A DNA stretch of 64,000 bases from Escherichia phage ECCR664. The position numbers were made by a program, and so were the translations under genes. The notes under the pieces were generated by a model. It was not told the origin of the DNA. It ran no database searches and was given only the letters and a program-made list of their open reading frames with translations. Position 1 is the stretch's first letter, and each line of letters begins with the position of its first letter. Positions 53,917 to 64,000 of this stretch are shown one piece after another. The stretch is taken from sequence record OL631257.1, one strand, 5' to 3'.

Positions 53917-54480
53917 TTTTACCATTCCAATGCTAATTTTTAAATTGTTTTTGTTCTTTTACGTTTTTAGTAACTTCTTTGAGAAACTCATCAGTGACCA
54001 TGGCCTTCAGTTCTTTAAGGACTATTGGCAACTTGTTATTTTTTCAAGGAGCCGCTTATACTCGGTAGCATCATTCATGTTGATTGTGTAATGTTTCATC
54101 AACAGTTTGATAACTAGTAACTCTGAAGTGTCTTCGACTAGTTTAGCCCATTTAGAGAATCGACGACCACGCGGAATTGCCGCCATCATATAGTTGAAGT
54201 GCGCTTCATCACTTAATTCAGAACCGACTAAGTTCATCATGTAAACGGCTGGCATACATTCTGGGAACTGGGATAGTGAGTTCTCAACCATAAATTTTGA
54301 GTAGTCGACCTGAGCAATTGACATAGATTTCTTTTCATTAATAGCATTAATGATTTTAAAGAATTCATTCTCAGGTTTTTCTTTAAACATATCAGCACAT
54401 TTTTGAATCGCATCAGCGTCATTAGACTTCCATGCAATTTGGTGCTCGTTAAGCTGGACGTCATCATCGAATAAGTTCAT
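53917..54480 (-). CDS. 62: gp62 clamp-loader small subunit (one frameshift near 54030; 3' end approximate)
   Basis: [35 protein letters not shown]...[30 protein letters not shown]..., T4 gp62-like. Confidence 0.75.
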
Positions 54481-54481
54481 A

Positions 54482-55444
54482 TTATTTCCAAGTCAGTTCG
54501 CAGGTCAGTTGAAGAAGCATATACATAACATGTAATTCAATATTACTTGCTAGTCCATGAAACTTATTATTTTCGCCTGCAATTTCGTAAAGCGAAATAA
54601 TACTTTTACCAGGTGCAACTTGGTCATAACATTCTGAAACTAATTTATCGATGAACCACGAATAATCTGCAGCATATTTTGGAGCTAATGCACGAAGCTG
54701 TTTGATATCTTTGTTCTTCATTGCTTCGATAACATCAGAGACTGTTCCACGGTCATTAGTTACGATAGACAGAATACCTGCATCAAGAACACCTTTAGAC
54801 GAGTACTGGTCTAATTGGCCAATTGTACGACGAAAGTCTGGGAAGTTCTTTTTAACCAGAGCTGCAACAACTTTCATATCAGCGATTTCGATATTTTCGT
54901 TCTTACAGATTTCAACCATACGATGAATCATTTTCTTCATCATCGAGATTTTATCTTCTTCAGTCGGACGACCGAATTCGATAACTCGACAACGGCTACG
55001 TAATGGTTCAATAATTCCGTCAATGTTGTTAGCAGTGATAATAATAGAGCAGTTACTAGAGAATTCTTCCATAAACGTACGAAGGTGACGTTGTGATTCG
55101 GCGAGGCCACTACGGTCAAATTCATCAATAACAATAACTTTAGGCTTGCCTTCCATTGAGACTGAACGAGCGAATGCAGTTAACGGACCACGCACAAAAT
55201 CAATCTTACAATCAGAACCGTTGACGAACATCATTTCGGCATTGATATCATTACATAATGCTTTTGCTACGGTTGTTTTACCTGTACCAGGAGAAGGAGA
55301 GTGCAAAATAATATGAGGAAGTTTTCCTTTAGATACTAAAGACTTGAATGTTTCGTGGTCATACGCAGGCAGAATACATTCGTCAATGGAAGAAGGACGA
55401 TATTTTTGTTCTAGAATGTGTTCTTTGGAATTGATAGTAATCAT
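54482..55444 (-). CDS. 44: gp44 clamp-loader large subunit (AAA+ ATPase)
   Basis: Intact 320-aa ORF; Walker [15 protein letters not shown] box, SRC motif [10 protein letters not shown]. Confidence 0.9.
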   Translation of the reverse strand: MITINSKEHILEQKYRPSSIDECILPAYDHETFKSLVSKGKLPHIILHSPSPGTGKTTVAKALCNDINAEMMFVNGSDCKIDFVRGPLTAFARSVSMEGKPKVIVIDEFDRSGLAESQRHLRTFMEEFSSNCSIIITANNIDGIIEPLRSRCRVIEFGRPTEEDKISMMKKMIHRMVEICKNENIEIADMKVVAALVKKNFPDFRRTIGQLDQYSSKGVLDAGILSIVTNDRGTVSDVIEAMKNKDIKQLRALAPKYAADYSWFIDKLVSECYDQVAPGKSIISLYEIAGENNKFHGLASNIELHVMYMLLQLTCELTWK

Positions 55445-55519
55445 GTAATTTTCCTCATTATCATTAAACTGGAGGATTTCTCCTCCATAATCGTACTACA
55501 TTAAACGTAAAGCTTTGAC

Positions 55520-56206
55520 TTAGAAGTCGTGAGTAGAATCGGCTTCCATTGCAATAACATAACTTACTTGAGAGCTTTCAAACTTGGCTGCAACTTTATC
55601 ACCAGCTCCCCACAACATTACTTTATAGTTACCTGGCTGGATTTTCATATTAGCCATATTGATTACAAAGTTAAAGTTATTAGAACCATCATAATCGGTA
55701 AGAGTCAAAGAATACTTAGGACGAGTCAAGCCAGAATCTTCAACTTTATTGTAACCATTGATAACAATTTTACCATCTTTATTTGTAATAGCAATTGTAT
55801 CAATCTGGAGACCACGTGAAACTCGAAGCAATTGTTGAAGGTCTTCAGCTTTAATTTCAGTAATCACAGAAGCCACTGGGAATTGAATTGGCTTATTAGG
55901 AAAAACAATGGTGCTCTTGTCGGCGGCAGGCCAATAAACCGTGGAACGTGTATCTGCAATTTTAATATTGCCATCAGTGTGCATTGAAATTTCAGCATCA
56001 TCAGACACTAGACTCAAAATGCTTAAGAAGCTATTCAAATCATAAAGTGCTACGTCAAAATCAATTTCATCAGAGATATTTGCTTCCGCATAAGTGGTGC
56101 CATTAACTGCACGAGTCATAATAAATTTACCTTGACTCAGCAGAATACCGGAGTTAATAGAGGCAAAGTTTTTCAGAATAGCGATAGTATCTTTAGACAG
56201 TTTCAT
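55520..56206 (-). CDS. 45: gp45 sliding clamp
   Basis: Start at MKLSKDTIAILKNFASINSGILL...; 228 aa; T4 gp45-like throughout. Confidence 0.9.
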   Translation of the reverse strand: MKLSKDTIAILKNFASINSGILLSQGKFIMTRAVNGTTYAEANISDEIDFDVALYDLNSFLSILSLVSDDAEISMHTDGNIKIADTRSTVYWPAADKSTIVFPNKPIQFPVASVITEIKAEDLQQLLRVSRGLQIDTIAITNKDGKIVINGYNKVEDSGLTRPKYSLTLTDYDGSNNFNFVINMANMKIQPGNYKVMLWGAGDKVAAKFESSQVSYVIAMEADSTHDF

Positions 56207-56248
56207 TTTATTTCCTTTCAAGACAATTCAAAGTTTATAACAAATTTA

Positions 56249-56670
56249 TTATGCAGCAACCATCTGCTTTTTAATAGCTTCAGGCAGTGATTCAATATAT
56301 TCTGGAATTTTAGAAGCAACAATTTCGCCAGCTGCAATTAATTGTTCGTCGGCATCAACACAGTATAAATCTTCCAGACGCTCAGAACCATCTTTATCAA
56401 GAACGATTTTTCCACCTGCTTCAATAGAATCTTTATAGTGCTTACGCATCAGATGAATCCACATATCAGATACATCGTTATCAATAAAACCATAAATCAT
56501 AAAACGAGTTTCTTGTGGCAAAGATTGAAGCTTTTAGCACTTGCGTCATCACAATGCAGGACCCATGCTTTACGAACACGATTATGGTTATGCGGGTTAG
56601 CGTCAGTACGGATAGAAGTAACTTTCAGATCAGCAGCAGTGAAACCTTTAGCAGTAGTAAACATATTATT
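56249..56670 (-). CDS. rpbA: RpbA-like RNA polymerase-binding protein (positional; one frameshift)
   Basis: MFTTAKGFTAADLKVTSIRTDANPHNHNRVRKAWVLHCDDASAKS... then ORF 56249-56521; lies between 46 and 45 as rpbA does in T4. Confidence 0.45.
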
Positions 56671-56683
56671 TCTCTCTTATTCG

Positions 56684-56864
56684 TAGAAGTCAGTAACTGT
56701 CCATGCGGAATTGCGATTAGACATTATTTTATTATACTCATCTTTAAAAGCAGATTTGAGCATTTGTTCAGTAACAATATGTTCTTCACCTGAAAACGTA
56801 TTGGTCAAAACATATTTTTAATTTCAGGGACAACAAGAAGATGTTGTCCGGTTGAATACTCCAT
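56684..56864 (-). CDS. Hypothetical small protein (~60 aa, one frameshift; 45.2 position)
   Basis: RBS GGAG then MEYSTGQHLLVVPEIKNMF...; second frame ...EEHIVTEQMLKSAFKDEYNKIMSNRNSAWTVTDFYE. Confidence 0.3.
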
Positions 56865-56914
56865 GTTGTTCTCCATTTAATTTGATGTGGTCATTATAAC
56901 CACATCGTGTTAAA

Positions 56915-58603
56915 GCGTTTATGAAACAGTCATCACAGTAAATCGTCCAACTTTACTCATCTGAAGATGTTGTCCATAACGTTGAGGGTCATGGTCTCGA
57001 TGAGAGATAATAAACACATTAGTATTTTGTAAACTTCCAAGAATGGTATCTATAGCCTTAACAGCCTCAGAATCGACAGCCCCATCAAAACCTCATCAAG
57101 AATCAACGTGTTGATTTTAACACCAGAAACTTTTTCAGCAATATCTCGCCATGTAAACAACAATGCGATATCGATACGTGCCTTTTCACCTTGACTAAAT
57201 GAAGCATAACTAAAATCTTCACGACCACGTGATTTTATAGATTCATTGAATTCTTCGTCAATAGAAAACACATAATCAGCTTCCATGATTTTAAGGTAAT
57301 GGTTAATCTGCTTGTTGAACAGAGGCACATATTTTTAATGATAGCACCTTTAATACCAGAATCTTTTAACATATCTGTTATAATACCACGATGGTATTTT
57401 TCAAGAACGATATCCGATTTTGTTTTAATGATTTTATCAAGTTCTTTTGAAGCAAAGCTATCTCATCGGCATGGTCGATAAATTCCGCCGAGGCTTGTTC
57501 TATTGCAGCTTTAACTTTCTTAGCTTTATCAATAGTGGCAATCATTGCTTGTTTCTTGGTACGAATATCAGATGCAAGGTCCTGTTTAGTCTTAACATTA
57601 GCTCTATATTCGTCCACTAGGACACTCAGATTATCTCTGTGACAGGTAAGTTGCTCGAATGAGTGATTACATTCATGAAGCTTATCGGTAATCTTAGAGA
57701 CAATAGGATCACCCTGGTGCAACTGTGATGCACAAGTAGGACATGTGCCACCGTCATGATACATCTTAATAACTTTGTTATATGAGTCAATTTTAGATTT
57801 AATCAAGAATGCTTCTTGACCGATCTTGTTGAATGCCTCAGTAGGGTCTTCGTCAAGAACGATATTAAGTAGACGCTCGTTAGCTTCTTCAATTTCTGCT
57901 TTTAATGAACGAGCTTCTTTGGCTAGGTCGTCATACATATTCTGTAGACGCGCTACATTATCGCCAGATAATTTCTTTTGACGTTCGATATTCTCGTTAT
58001 AAATCTTAATTTGTTGGATAATACCATCTTTCTTGGCATCGAGAACTTGTCCCTGGGAATTAAGTTCTCGAACTTGAGACTTATTGATTTTATCCATTTC
58101 AGCGAGTGTTCCAACTTCTAATAAGTCTTCAACAAGCTTTCTGCGAGCAGGGGTGCTAAGAGCCATGAAAGGGGTATACCCTGCCGTCCCAAGCACAACG
58201 ATCTGTTTAAAAGACGCGTATGACATTCCGATGCTACGTTCAAATTCTTCTTGGAAGTCACGACTGCTGGCAGATTCATCAAGACGAACACCGTCAACGG
58301 AGATTTCGAAAATATTGGGCTTTTGGCCACGTTTAATGAAGTATTTTTATCATCGAATTCCATCCAAAGCTCAACTAAGAGCTCTTTCTTGTTCGTGCTA
58401 TTAATGATTTGTCCTTTCTTAACATCACGAAATGGTTTACCGAAAAGTCCGAAAGTAATGGCTTCTAACATCGTAGATTTACCACCGCCATTTTTACCAG
58501 TGATTAATGTCTTTTGGACTTTATCTAATTGGATATCGATAGGATTCCCACCTACCGACATGATATTTTGATAACGAACACGATTTAATTTAAATGATTT
58601 CAT
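56915..58603 (-). CDS. 46: gp46 recombination endonuclease subunit (Rad50/SbcC-like; frameshifted)
   Basis: N-terminal MKSFKLNRVRYQNIMSVGGNPIDIQLDKVQKTLITGKNGGGKSTMLEAITFGLFGKPFRDVKKGQ (Walker A); coiled-coil and CPTC zinc hook in 57378-58226; C-terminal ...ILDEV... and ...VFIISHRDHD. Confidence 0.85.
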
Positions 58604-58848
58604 ATGTATTCTCTTCGAATGAAGTCCTCTACATATTTTAACATGTCATCTCTATCAGCAAAATACTCATCTAGTTCTGCATACATAACAACACCCGGTG
58701 CGTACTCACAGGTAACATACATTGTTCCAAAGAAACGAGGAGTTGATTCCTCGTAATTCTCAGTCCATTCAACGATACCAATATAACCGTCACCAATACT
58801 AAATTCATGACGATGGATTTCATAATCAGTCTTCGTCATTATACGCAT
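58600..58848 (-). CDS. Hypothetical acidic protein (82 aa; 46.1 position)
   Basis: Intact ORF between 47 and 46 with stop/start overlaps. Confidence 0.4.
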   Translation of the reverse strand: MRIMTKTDYEIHRHEFSIGDGYIGIVEWTENYEESTPRFFGTMYVTCEYAPGVVMYAELDEYFADRDDMLKYVEDFIRREYI

Positions 58849-59083
58849 CCTCGATACATGCTTCAGTCATTTTAAGAATAGAGCCAGGAGTATCGTTGTC
58901 CATTATATTAAAGCTAAATTCAATAGCCCAGTCGGTACAGACATGAACAGCTTTAACTTCGTTGCCTTCAACGCGTAATGGCTCAATCCAATACTTGATA
59001 GTGTTCTCGAATCCATCATCATCTTTAACATCTATTTCAACTTCAAGACCGAGCCCAGCATTGTTAAATTCATCTAAAGTCAT
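58826..59083 (-). CDS. Hypothetical acidic protein (85 aa; 46.2 position)
   Basis: Intact ORF; overlaps gene 47 stop. Confidence 0.4.
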   Translation of the reverse strand: MTLDEFNNAGLGLEVEIDVKDDDGFENTIKYWIEPLRVEGNEVKAVHVCTDWAIEFSFNIMDNDTPGSILKMTEACIEDAYNDED

Positions 59084-60099
59084 TGTGTTGCCTCAATATA
59101 AAGTTCGTTGGAATATTTGACCAGCGCTTCTCTGTCTTCGTCTGAGATATCTGGAATCGCGTCAATATATTCTTTAATGATATCTTGAAGTGATTTAATC
59201 TCGATTTCCTGGTCGTCATCAGATTCAACACTGTTATCAACTTTAGAAACCATACGAAGAGAGTGAACTACTTTTTCAAGTTCAGATTCAAACTTAGTCA
59301 ACTCTGAATCAATTTCTGATACTATAACACGTACGGCTAGATTAGTATAATCAGAATAATTGATTTTGCCTTTAAATGGATAAGTGATTCGTCGATGCCA
59401 TGTTGTTTCATTAGGAATAAATTCCATACGTTCAACATCAGTGTCAAATACCCAGAATCCGCGAGGGTCGTTCTCATCGCCTGCAGTAAGGGTCCACGGT
59501 GTCCCAATATATTTGACGTTAGCAGCTTCAGAGATTGTGTGGAAGTGGCCGGACCAGACTTGTTTATAGGTCTTTAAGAAATCAGGTTCAAGCCCGTGAG
59601 ACTTCATTCCTTTATAGAAATAGAAGCCATTTAATTCCCAGTGCCCAACACAATACGATGCAGAAGAAGTCTTGATATGCTCTAAGATTTCACCTGTATT
59701 TTCTTCACACATCCATGGAACGATATCAATCAGACATCCGTCAAAATCTACAGTAGTTGGATGTTCGTAAATAGTAAAGTTTTCAAATTGAGTTAACAAT
59801 TCAGAAACAGTGTTAGGTGTTATTGTATTCTTAAACGCCATGTCATGGTTTCCTATCGTGACATGAACGTGAATGCCTGCTTTAGAAATCATATCAACGA
59901 TTTCACGATTGAATTCCATCGTACGATGTGTAATTGCTTTACGGACGTCAAACCAATCACCGTATTGAATCCAAGTTTTAATCCCGTGTTTCTTAGAGTA
60001 TTCAATTGCTTGACGAATACCATCACGTTGAATATCTTGAACCCATGGGTCGTCTTGTTTGACTCCGATATGGAAGTCTCCTAAGTGCAAAATTTTCAT
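59080..60099 (-). CDS. 47: gp47 recombination endonuclease subunit (Mre11/SbcD-like phosphoesterase)
   Basis: Intact 339-aa ORF; MKILHLGDFHIG (motif I), ...GNHD..., ...GHWEL..., ...GHFH...; same length as T4 gp47. Confidence 0.9.
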   Translation of the reverse strand: MKILHLGDFHIGVKQDDPWVQDIQRDGIRQAIEYSKKHGIKTWIQYGDWFDVRKAITHRTMEFNREIVDMISKAGIHVHVTIGNHDMAFKNTITPNTVSELLTQFENFTIYEHPTTVDFDGCLIDIVPWMCEENTGEILEHIKTSSASYCVGHWELNGFYFYKGMKSHGLEPDFLKTYKQVWSGHFHTISEAANVKYIGTPWTLTAGDENDPRGFWVFDTDVERMEFIPNETTWHRRITYPFKGKINYSDYTNLAVRVIVSEIDSELTKFESELEKVVHSLRMVSKVDNSVESDDDQEIEIKSLQDIIKEYIDAIPDISDEDREALVKYSNELYIEATQ

Positions 60100-60140
60100 A
60101 TTATTTCCTCATTAGTTAATTCATTCTATCATCCGTTTAT

Positions 60141-60167
60141 AAAGCAAAAAGGAACTCCGAAGAGTTC
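60141..60167 (-). terminator. Intrinsic terminator (UUCG tetraloop) upstream of gene 47
   Basis: Minus strand GGAACUC-UUCG-GAGUUCC followed by UUUUUGCUUU. Confidence 0.65.
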
Positions 60168-60380
60168 CTATCCACATAGTACACCGTACAGAGGCTCATT
60201 TGAACTTTTAAATCGAATGGGCTTGTACGTAATAGTTCCTTCGGCTTTAGCTTTATCATAAGACTCTTTAAAACGTCTCATTCTTTCTGCTTTGCCTTTA
60301 CGGATTTTATCGAAATTTTCAGAAGTCGGGATGTTCGTCATGCATAAGCACCTCTCAGAAAATGCCTAAATCGATTTCTC

Positions 60381-60602
60381 TCATCGTTTCCACCATTTCT
60401 TAACTTGAAATGAATCAACCCACACGAGTTGTTTTGGGTCTGCCTTTACAATAGGCGGACAAATTTCTGTAATAGAACCGTCGTGATATTCCTTTTCAGA
60501 AATTTTAACACAAAGAGGACCTCCCAATTTAAGGGTGAACCCTGCGTTCAGATTCAGACGTTTAAACTTTGTTTGAACTAGCGCCATTAATAATGTCCTC
60601 AA
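60381..60602 (-). CDS. Hypothetical protein (73 aa)
   Basis: Intact ORF in the interval where T4 carries alpha-gt. Confidence 0.35.
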   Translation of the reverse strand: MRTLLMALVQTKFKRLNLNAGFTLKLGGPLCVKISEKEYHDGSITEICPPIVKADPKQLVWVDSFQVKKWWKR

Positions 60603-60679
60603 TAGCCTGACGAGTAGTAACCCACTGGATTTTAATTAACTTGTCATTATATGGTTGTCGTAGAATATCCCGAGATTTC

Positions 60680-60883
60680 TTAATAGCATATTCGTAAGCT
60701 TCGAAGTTGTTTTGAATTGCTGCTTCTTGAGCATGAGCATAAAGTCGATTTAGTTCGAAACGATTCTTTTAAGAATCTTTTCAGATTTTTACGTGCTTCA
60801 GCTTCATTTTTCTTTTGTATTTCTTGTAGCATTTTAGCTACTGCATCTTCTGCTTCTTTATTTTCAATAATCTCGGTAGTCAT
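60680..60883 (-). CDS. Hypothetical protein (67 aa)
   Basis: Intact ORF. Confidence 0.3.
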   Translation of the reverse strand: MTTEIIENKEAEDAVAKMLQEIQKKNEAEARKNLKRFLKESFRTKSTLCSCSRSSNSKQLRSLRICY

Positions 60884-60884
60884 A

Positions 60885-61100
60885 TTATCTCATTAAATTA
60901 AAATAAAAACGTCCGTCCTCTTCAATACAGAACTCGTACTCAACTGGAGTCCCATTTATTGAAAATGACACGTCATGTGGGTTCAAAGGGTCGATGTCAA
61001 AATTAATTTTAAATTCTCGACCCAACAGTTTTACCAAATAAGGGATTGCTTCGTCAAAAGGTTCTTCTAAGTAGTTAGAGATGTCAATTGTCATCCTCAT
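60885..61100 (-). CDS. Hypothetical protein (~70 aa; overlaps the frame-shifted 3' end of gene 55)
   Basis: ORF 60885-61235 begins with gp55-derived sequence then continues as an unrelated peptide; boundary uncertain. Confidence 0.25.
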   Translation of the reverse strand: MRMTIDISNYLEEPFDEAIPYLVKLLGREFKINFDIDPLNPHDVSFSINGTPVEYEFCIEEDGRFYFNLMR

Positions 61101-61639
61101 ATAAAAATCCAAACTAGGTGAATCGCTAACAACTTCCTTCTTTTCAGCCCCAGGAGCTTTATAAGCGGATTCTTCATAATGCGTCATTTTATCGTAGATG
61201 TCTTGAATAAACGTTTCATCTACCAACGCTACCATATCATCGTCATGACTGTCGTAGACGTTATGAACGAAGTAACTATATTTCTTTGCAACTTCCTTAC
61301 GTTCTTTTTGATACGTTGGACAAAAGCATTAAAACAAGCTCGAGTTATGTATGCATGTGGGTTATTGTACTTAGTTTCGTCGAAATTATGAAGTCCCTTA
61401 ATAGAGGCTTCAATCCCATCTGCAATCATCTCCTGCTTCCAAGACTGGGTATATCCTGAAAAGTTGAAACGTTTGGACAGGCCTTCGGCGATAAGCATAA
61501 TTGCTAAACCGATGGTATCATTCTGACGAATAATTTTGTTTGGGTCTTTATTATTTAAGAGCTCCTTTTTCCACTCGATTATAGCAGCGAGAAGCTCTTT
61601 ATTATTCACATAGTTATTTTTAGGTTTTTGTTCAGTCAT
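61082..61639 (-). CDS. 55: gp55 late-promoter sigma factor (one frameshift; 3' end approximate)
   Basis: [91 protein letters not shown]..., T4 gp55-like; C-terminal part ...[22 protein letters not shown]... in a second frame. Confidence 0.8.
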
Positions 61640-61975
61640 AAGTACCTCTTAGCTCAATTCATAGGTCTATTATATCATAATATTTAGAGACCTATCTTAA
61701 AGCACGAGATACTATCGGAGCAAACAATACGCCTGGAATACTTTTTCCATTAAACGTTTGAACTCATGGATATCGATATAAAGCTCAGTAAGACCGGCAT
61801 TATAAAGAAAATCTAAAAGTTCTCATGTGTTTCGTTATAGTCGCCTTCGTTTAATTGAGATACATGAGTTTCCCAAAACCGACACCTTTAACGAATGGAA
61901 AATACGTAACTTTCATAAAGTTGTCGACGTAAAATTCGCCCAGCTTTTCTTCAGTTATACTGATTCGAGTTAATT

Positions 61976-62203
61976 TCATTCTAGTTCCTTTGCCGCTTCA
62001 AGAGCAGCATCCAGCGAATCAAATTGGTCAACGAAATCAATATTCAACGCATCGTCATCCGTAGCATATAACCACCATTGTTTGAATTCGTATTCTAGAA
62101 TAAATCCAAGCCCTTCAATCTGAGAAAGACCTAGACTATTTGTACCAACTTCGTAACCAGCTAGACGCAGGTCATTAATCAAAGCTTCTGTTAATACGCT
62201 CAT
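61976..62203 (-). CDS. Hypothetical acidic protein (75 aa)
   Basis: Intact ORF. Confidence 0.35.
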   Translation of the reverse strand: MSVLTEALINDLRLAGYEVGTNSLGLSQIEGLGFILEYEFKQWWLYATDDDALNIDFVDQFDSLDAALEAAKELE

Positions 62204-62222
62204 TTTACCGCCTTAACAATTT

Positions 62223-62531
62223 TCAGGTCAACGAATTTTTCTTACGTTGATTTTTCATACGACGGATAGTCTTTTCAGAGATTTCATGTTTCTGATAAGC
62301 TTTAGATTCAACACCAAATGCAGCAACGTCAAATTCAGAAAGAATATATTGTACTAGAATTTCACGAATAGAATTACGTCCAATTTTCTGGTCGTGTTTT
62401 TGCATGATTTCATAAAGATGGAATTCCCAGGCGTCAAGAACTTGAGGAGTAACAATATTGCCAGATTCCAGAAGAGCAACAACTTTATCGAAAGCGAAAG
62501 AATTAACTACGTTTTTGATTTTAGTAGACAT
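62223..62531 (-). CDS. Hypothetical protein (~102 aa)
   Basis: ORF 62223-62579; start set at MSTKIKNV with RBS GAGGAAAATAAT, because the longer ORF would run through the promoter element at 62571-62596. Confidence 0.35.
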   Translation of the reverse strand: MSTKIKNVVNSFAFDKVVALLESGNIVTPQVLDAWEFHLYEIMQKHDQKIGRNSIREILVQYILSEFDVAAFGVESKAYQKHEISEKTIRRMKNQRKKNSLT

Positions 62532-63182
62532 ATTATTTTCCTCGGTTATTTTATTATCCAACGAGAGAATTATACTCATCTCTCAAGAGTTTGTATATTA
62601 TTTTTAAGCATGAAAAGTAAGTAATTTGTATCACGTGGAGTAATATCAACACCCATATCAAAGATGCCTTTATAGATTGGGTATTTGTTTTCGGTTGTAT
62701 CGAAGCTGAAACTATTTCCATCACAACTAACAGTAATAGCATCTGTTAAAATGTCATACTCAATCCTAACGGTTGAATCGCCAATTTTAACGTCGAGGTG
62801 TTTTTGAATTTGATAAAATCTAATTCTTGGGCCATGATATTTTCCTCATTTTAAGACGATAGGAAGATAATAACATGTCTTCCTATCGTTGTACATTATT
62901 AACCGAACTTTTAGCGCCTTTCCAGCCTTCGTACATAGCTGCACAAGTCAGTAGTACAGCGTGCTGGCATTCTTTGTATTTGTAAATCCAGAACCAGCGT
63001 AAAAGTCTTCGTCCTCAACGCCGTTGAGTTTCATGTTGGCAAAGAATTTGGCACGTTCTTCACGAAGTTGCCATGACACAATATTTTCAGGATTCATTTT
63101 GTGTTCCACGCCCCATTTTCATCGATGAACTTAATCCAGTCATTTACGGACCATTTAGTTGTATCGCCCTTTGGATTAACAT

Positions 63183-63554
63183 TTAAAGTATATAATCCCT
63201 GCTTAAAAGCATTCGTTTAATATTCATAATTTCCTCAACTGTAACGATAACATTCGTTAGCTTTACGTTTGGCTTCAGTATGAGAAGTATTATAATCATA
63301 CTCTTCTTTACTGTAAACATCTTTTTCAACTTACGAACTTCTTTGCGGAGTTGTCGATTCATTTCGTTCTTGACTTCAGAATCAACACCTTTCATACGTT
63401 TCCATTTATCTGAGCGGAAGATGTTTTCAACCATGTCTTTGTGGCTAACACCATCAGGAGCTTTACGCTTACCAAAATAGTCGTAATCGCGAACTTTCAA
63501 ATCTTTACGACGATATGTTTTACCCATAAGTACCTCAGAGGTTGATTGATACAA
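63183..63554 (-). CDS. Hypothetical basic protein (123 aa)
   Basis: Intact ORF. Confidence 0.3.
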   Translation of the reverse strand: MYQSTSEVLMGKTYRRKDLKVRDYDYFGKRKAPDGVSHKDMVENIFRSDKWKRMKGVDSEVKNEMNRQLRKEVRKLKKMFTVKKSMIIILLILKPNVKLTNVIVTVEEIMNIKRMLLSRDYIL

Positions 63555-63783
63555 TGCGTTTGATAAAATTCACTTCACTTACTGAAAGGTCTTTAAGACC
63601 GATTGATTCTAAACGCTGAGTAAGCGTCAACATCGGGATATAGTCCCAATGAGTTTTATTTGCTTGATAAGTACGAACGCCATTAGCAATTTCAACATGC
63701 AAATCTGAAATGGTAACGAATACCAGACGCTCATCATTAACTTTAAGGGTTAGAACAACTTTCTTTGAATCTAAACTAATCAT
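63535..63783 (-). CDS. Hypothetical protein (82 aa)
   Basis: Intact ORF with overlapping stop/start. Confidence 0.35.
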   Translation of the reverse strand: MISLDSKKVVLTLKVNDERLVFVTISDLHVEIANGVRTYQANKTHWDYIPMLTLTQRLESIGLKDLSVSEVNFIKRIVSINL

Positions 63784-63962
63784 AGTTTAATTTCCTTCGC
63801 GATTGAACAGAAGATACCACGGTCACAAAGCATTTCACCAATTTCTGGATATTTGATTGAACGATACCAAACATCTAGGCTTGAAACTCTGGTTATCCGT
63901 ACTGCATTACCGTTGACAGAATAGTACTGGTCGATATTAATTTCTTTATCTTCAATTGTCAT
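63780..63962 (-). CDS. Hypothetical protein (60 aa)
   Basis: Intact ORF, ATGA overlap with the downstream gene. Confidence 0.3.
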   Translation of the reverse strand: MTIEDKEINIDQYYSVNGNAVRITRVSSLDVWYRSIKYPEIGEMLCDRGIFCSIAKEIKL

Positions 63963-64000
63963 TTTATTTTCCTCTATAGCAGTTTGTTTAATCTTAACAC

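Noticed and set aside
61650-61700. MotA-box middle promoter (TGCTTTA followed by TATAAT on the minus strand)
   Set aside because: Spacing between the TGCTT element and the -10 is about 23 bp, too long for a canonical MotA-dependent promoter
1-64000. tRNA, rRNA, intron or homing-endonuclease genes
   Set aside because: No cloverleaf-like conserved tRNA features, no large non-coding stretches and no endonuclease-like ORFs were seen; the T4 tRNA cluster and intron-containing genes lie outside this map interval

Overview
This window is a contiguous piece of a T4-like (T-even, Tevenvirinae) phage genome; gene content, order and orientation match the T4 map from gene 59 through the tail-fibre genes and the rII region to gene 55. 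Recognised blocks: a minus-strand early block (59, 33, dsbA, rnh); plus-strand late tail-fibre block (34, 35, 36, 37, 38, holin t) with TATAAATA late promoters and UUCG-tetraloop terminators; then a long minus-strand early/middle region (asiA, motA, 52, ndd, rIIB, rIIA, fused 39, dexA, dda, modA/modB, soc, 56, 61, sp, 41, 40, uvsX, 42, 43, regA, 62, 44, 45, rpbA, 46, 47, 55) driven by many T4-type early promoters (GTTTAC / TATAAT-like on the minus strand). Most interesting is what replaces the T4 glucosyltransferases: no alpha-gt or beta-gt is present at their T4 positions. Instead there is a GT-B glycosyltransferase next to rIIA, a kinase plus unknown protein where beta-gt sits in T4, and a sugar-activation cassette (SIS isomerase, HAD phosphatase, APH-fold kinase, sugar-1-P nucleotidyltransferase, large unknown) between genes 42 and 43. 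Together with the dCMP hydroxymethylase (42) this predicts a non-glucose hmC sugar hypermodification, comparable to the arabinosyl-hmC reported for RB69-type phages; I cannot establish novelty or the sugar identity without database searches. Major caveat: many essential genes (34, 35, 36, 37, 38, t, 52, 39, dexA, dda, 41, uvsX, 43, 62, 46, 55 and others) are interrupted by frameshifts, at least some in homopolymer runs, which looks like sequencing or assembly error rather than biology. Gene calls were therefore made by homology and synteny across frame breaks, and coordinates of frameshifted genes are approximate. Product names rest on my recollection of T4 protein sequences and on motifs read directly from the translations; no database search was run. 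No tRNA, rRNA, CRISPR array or mobile element was recognised.
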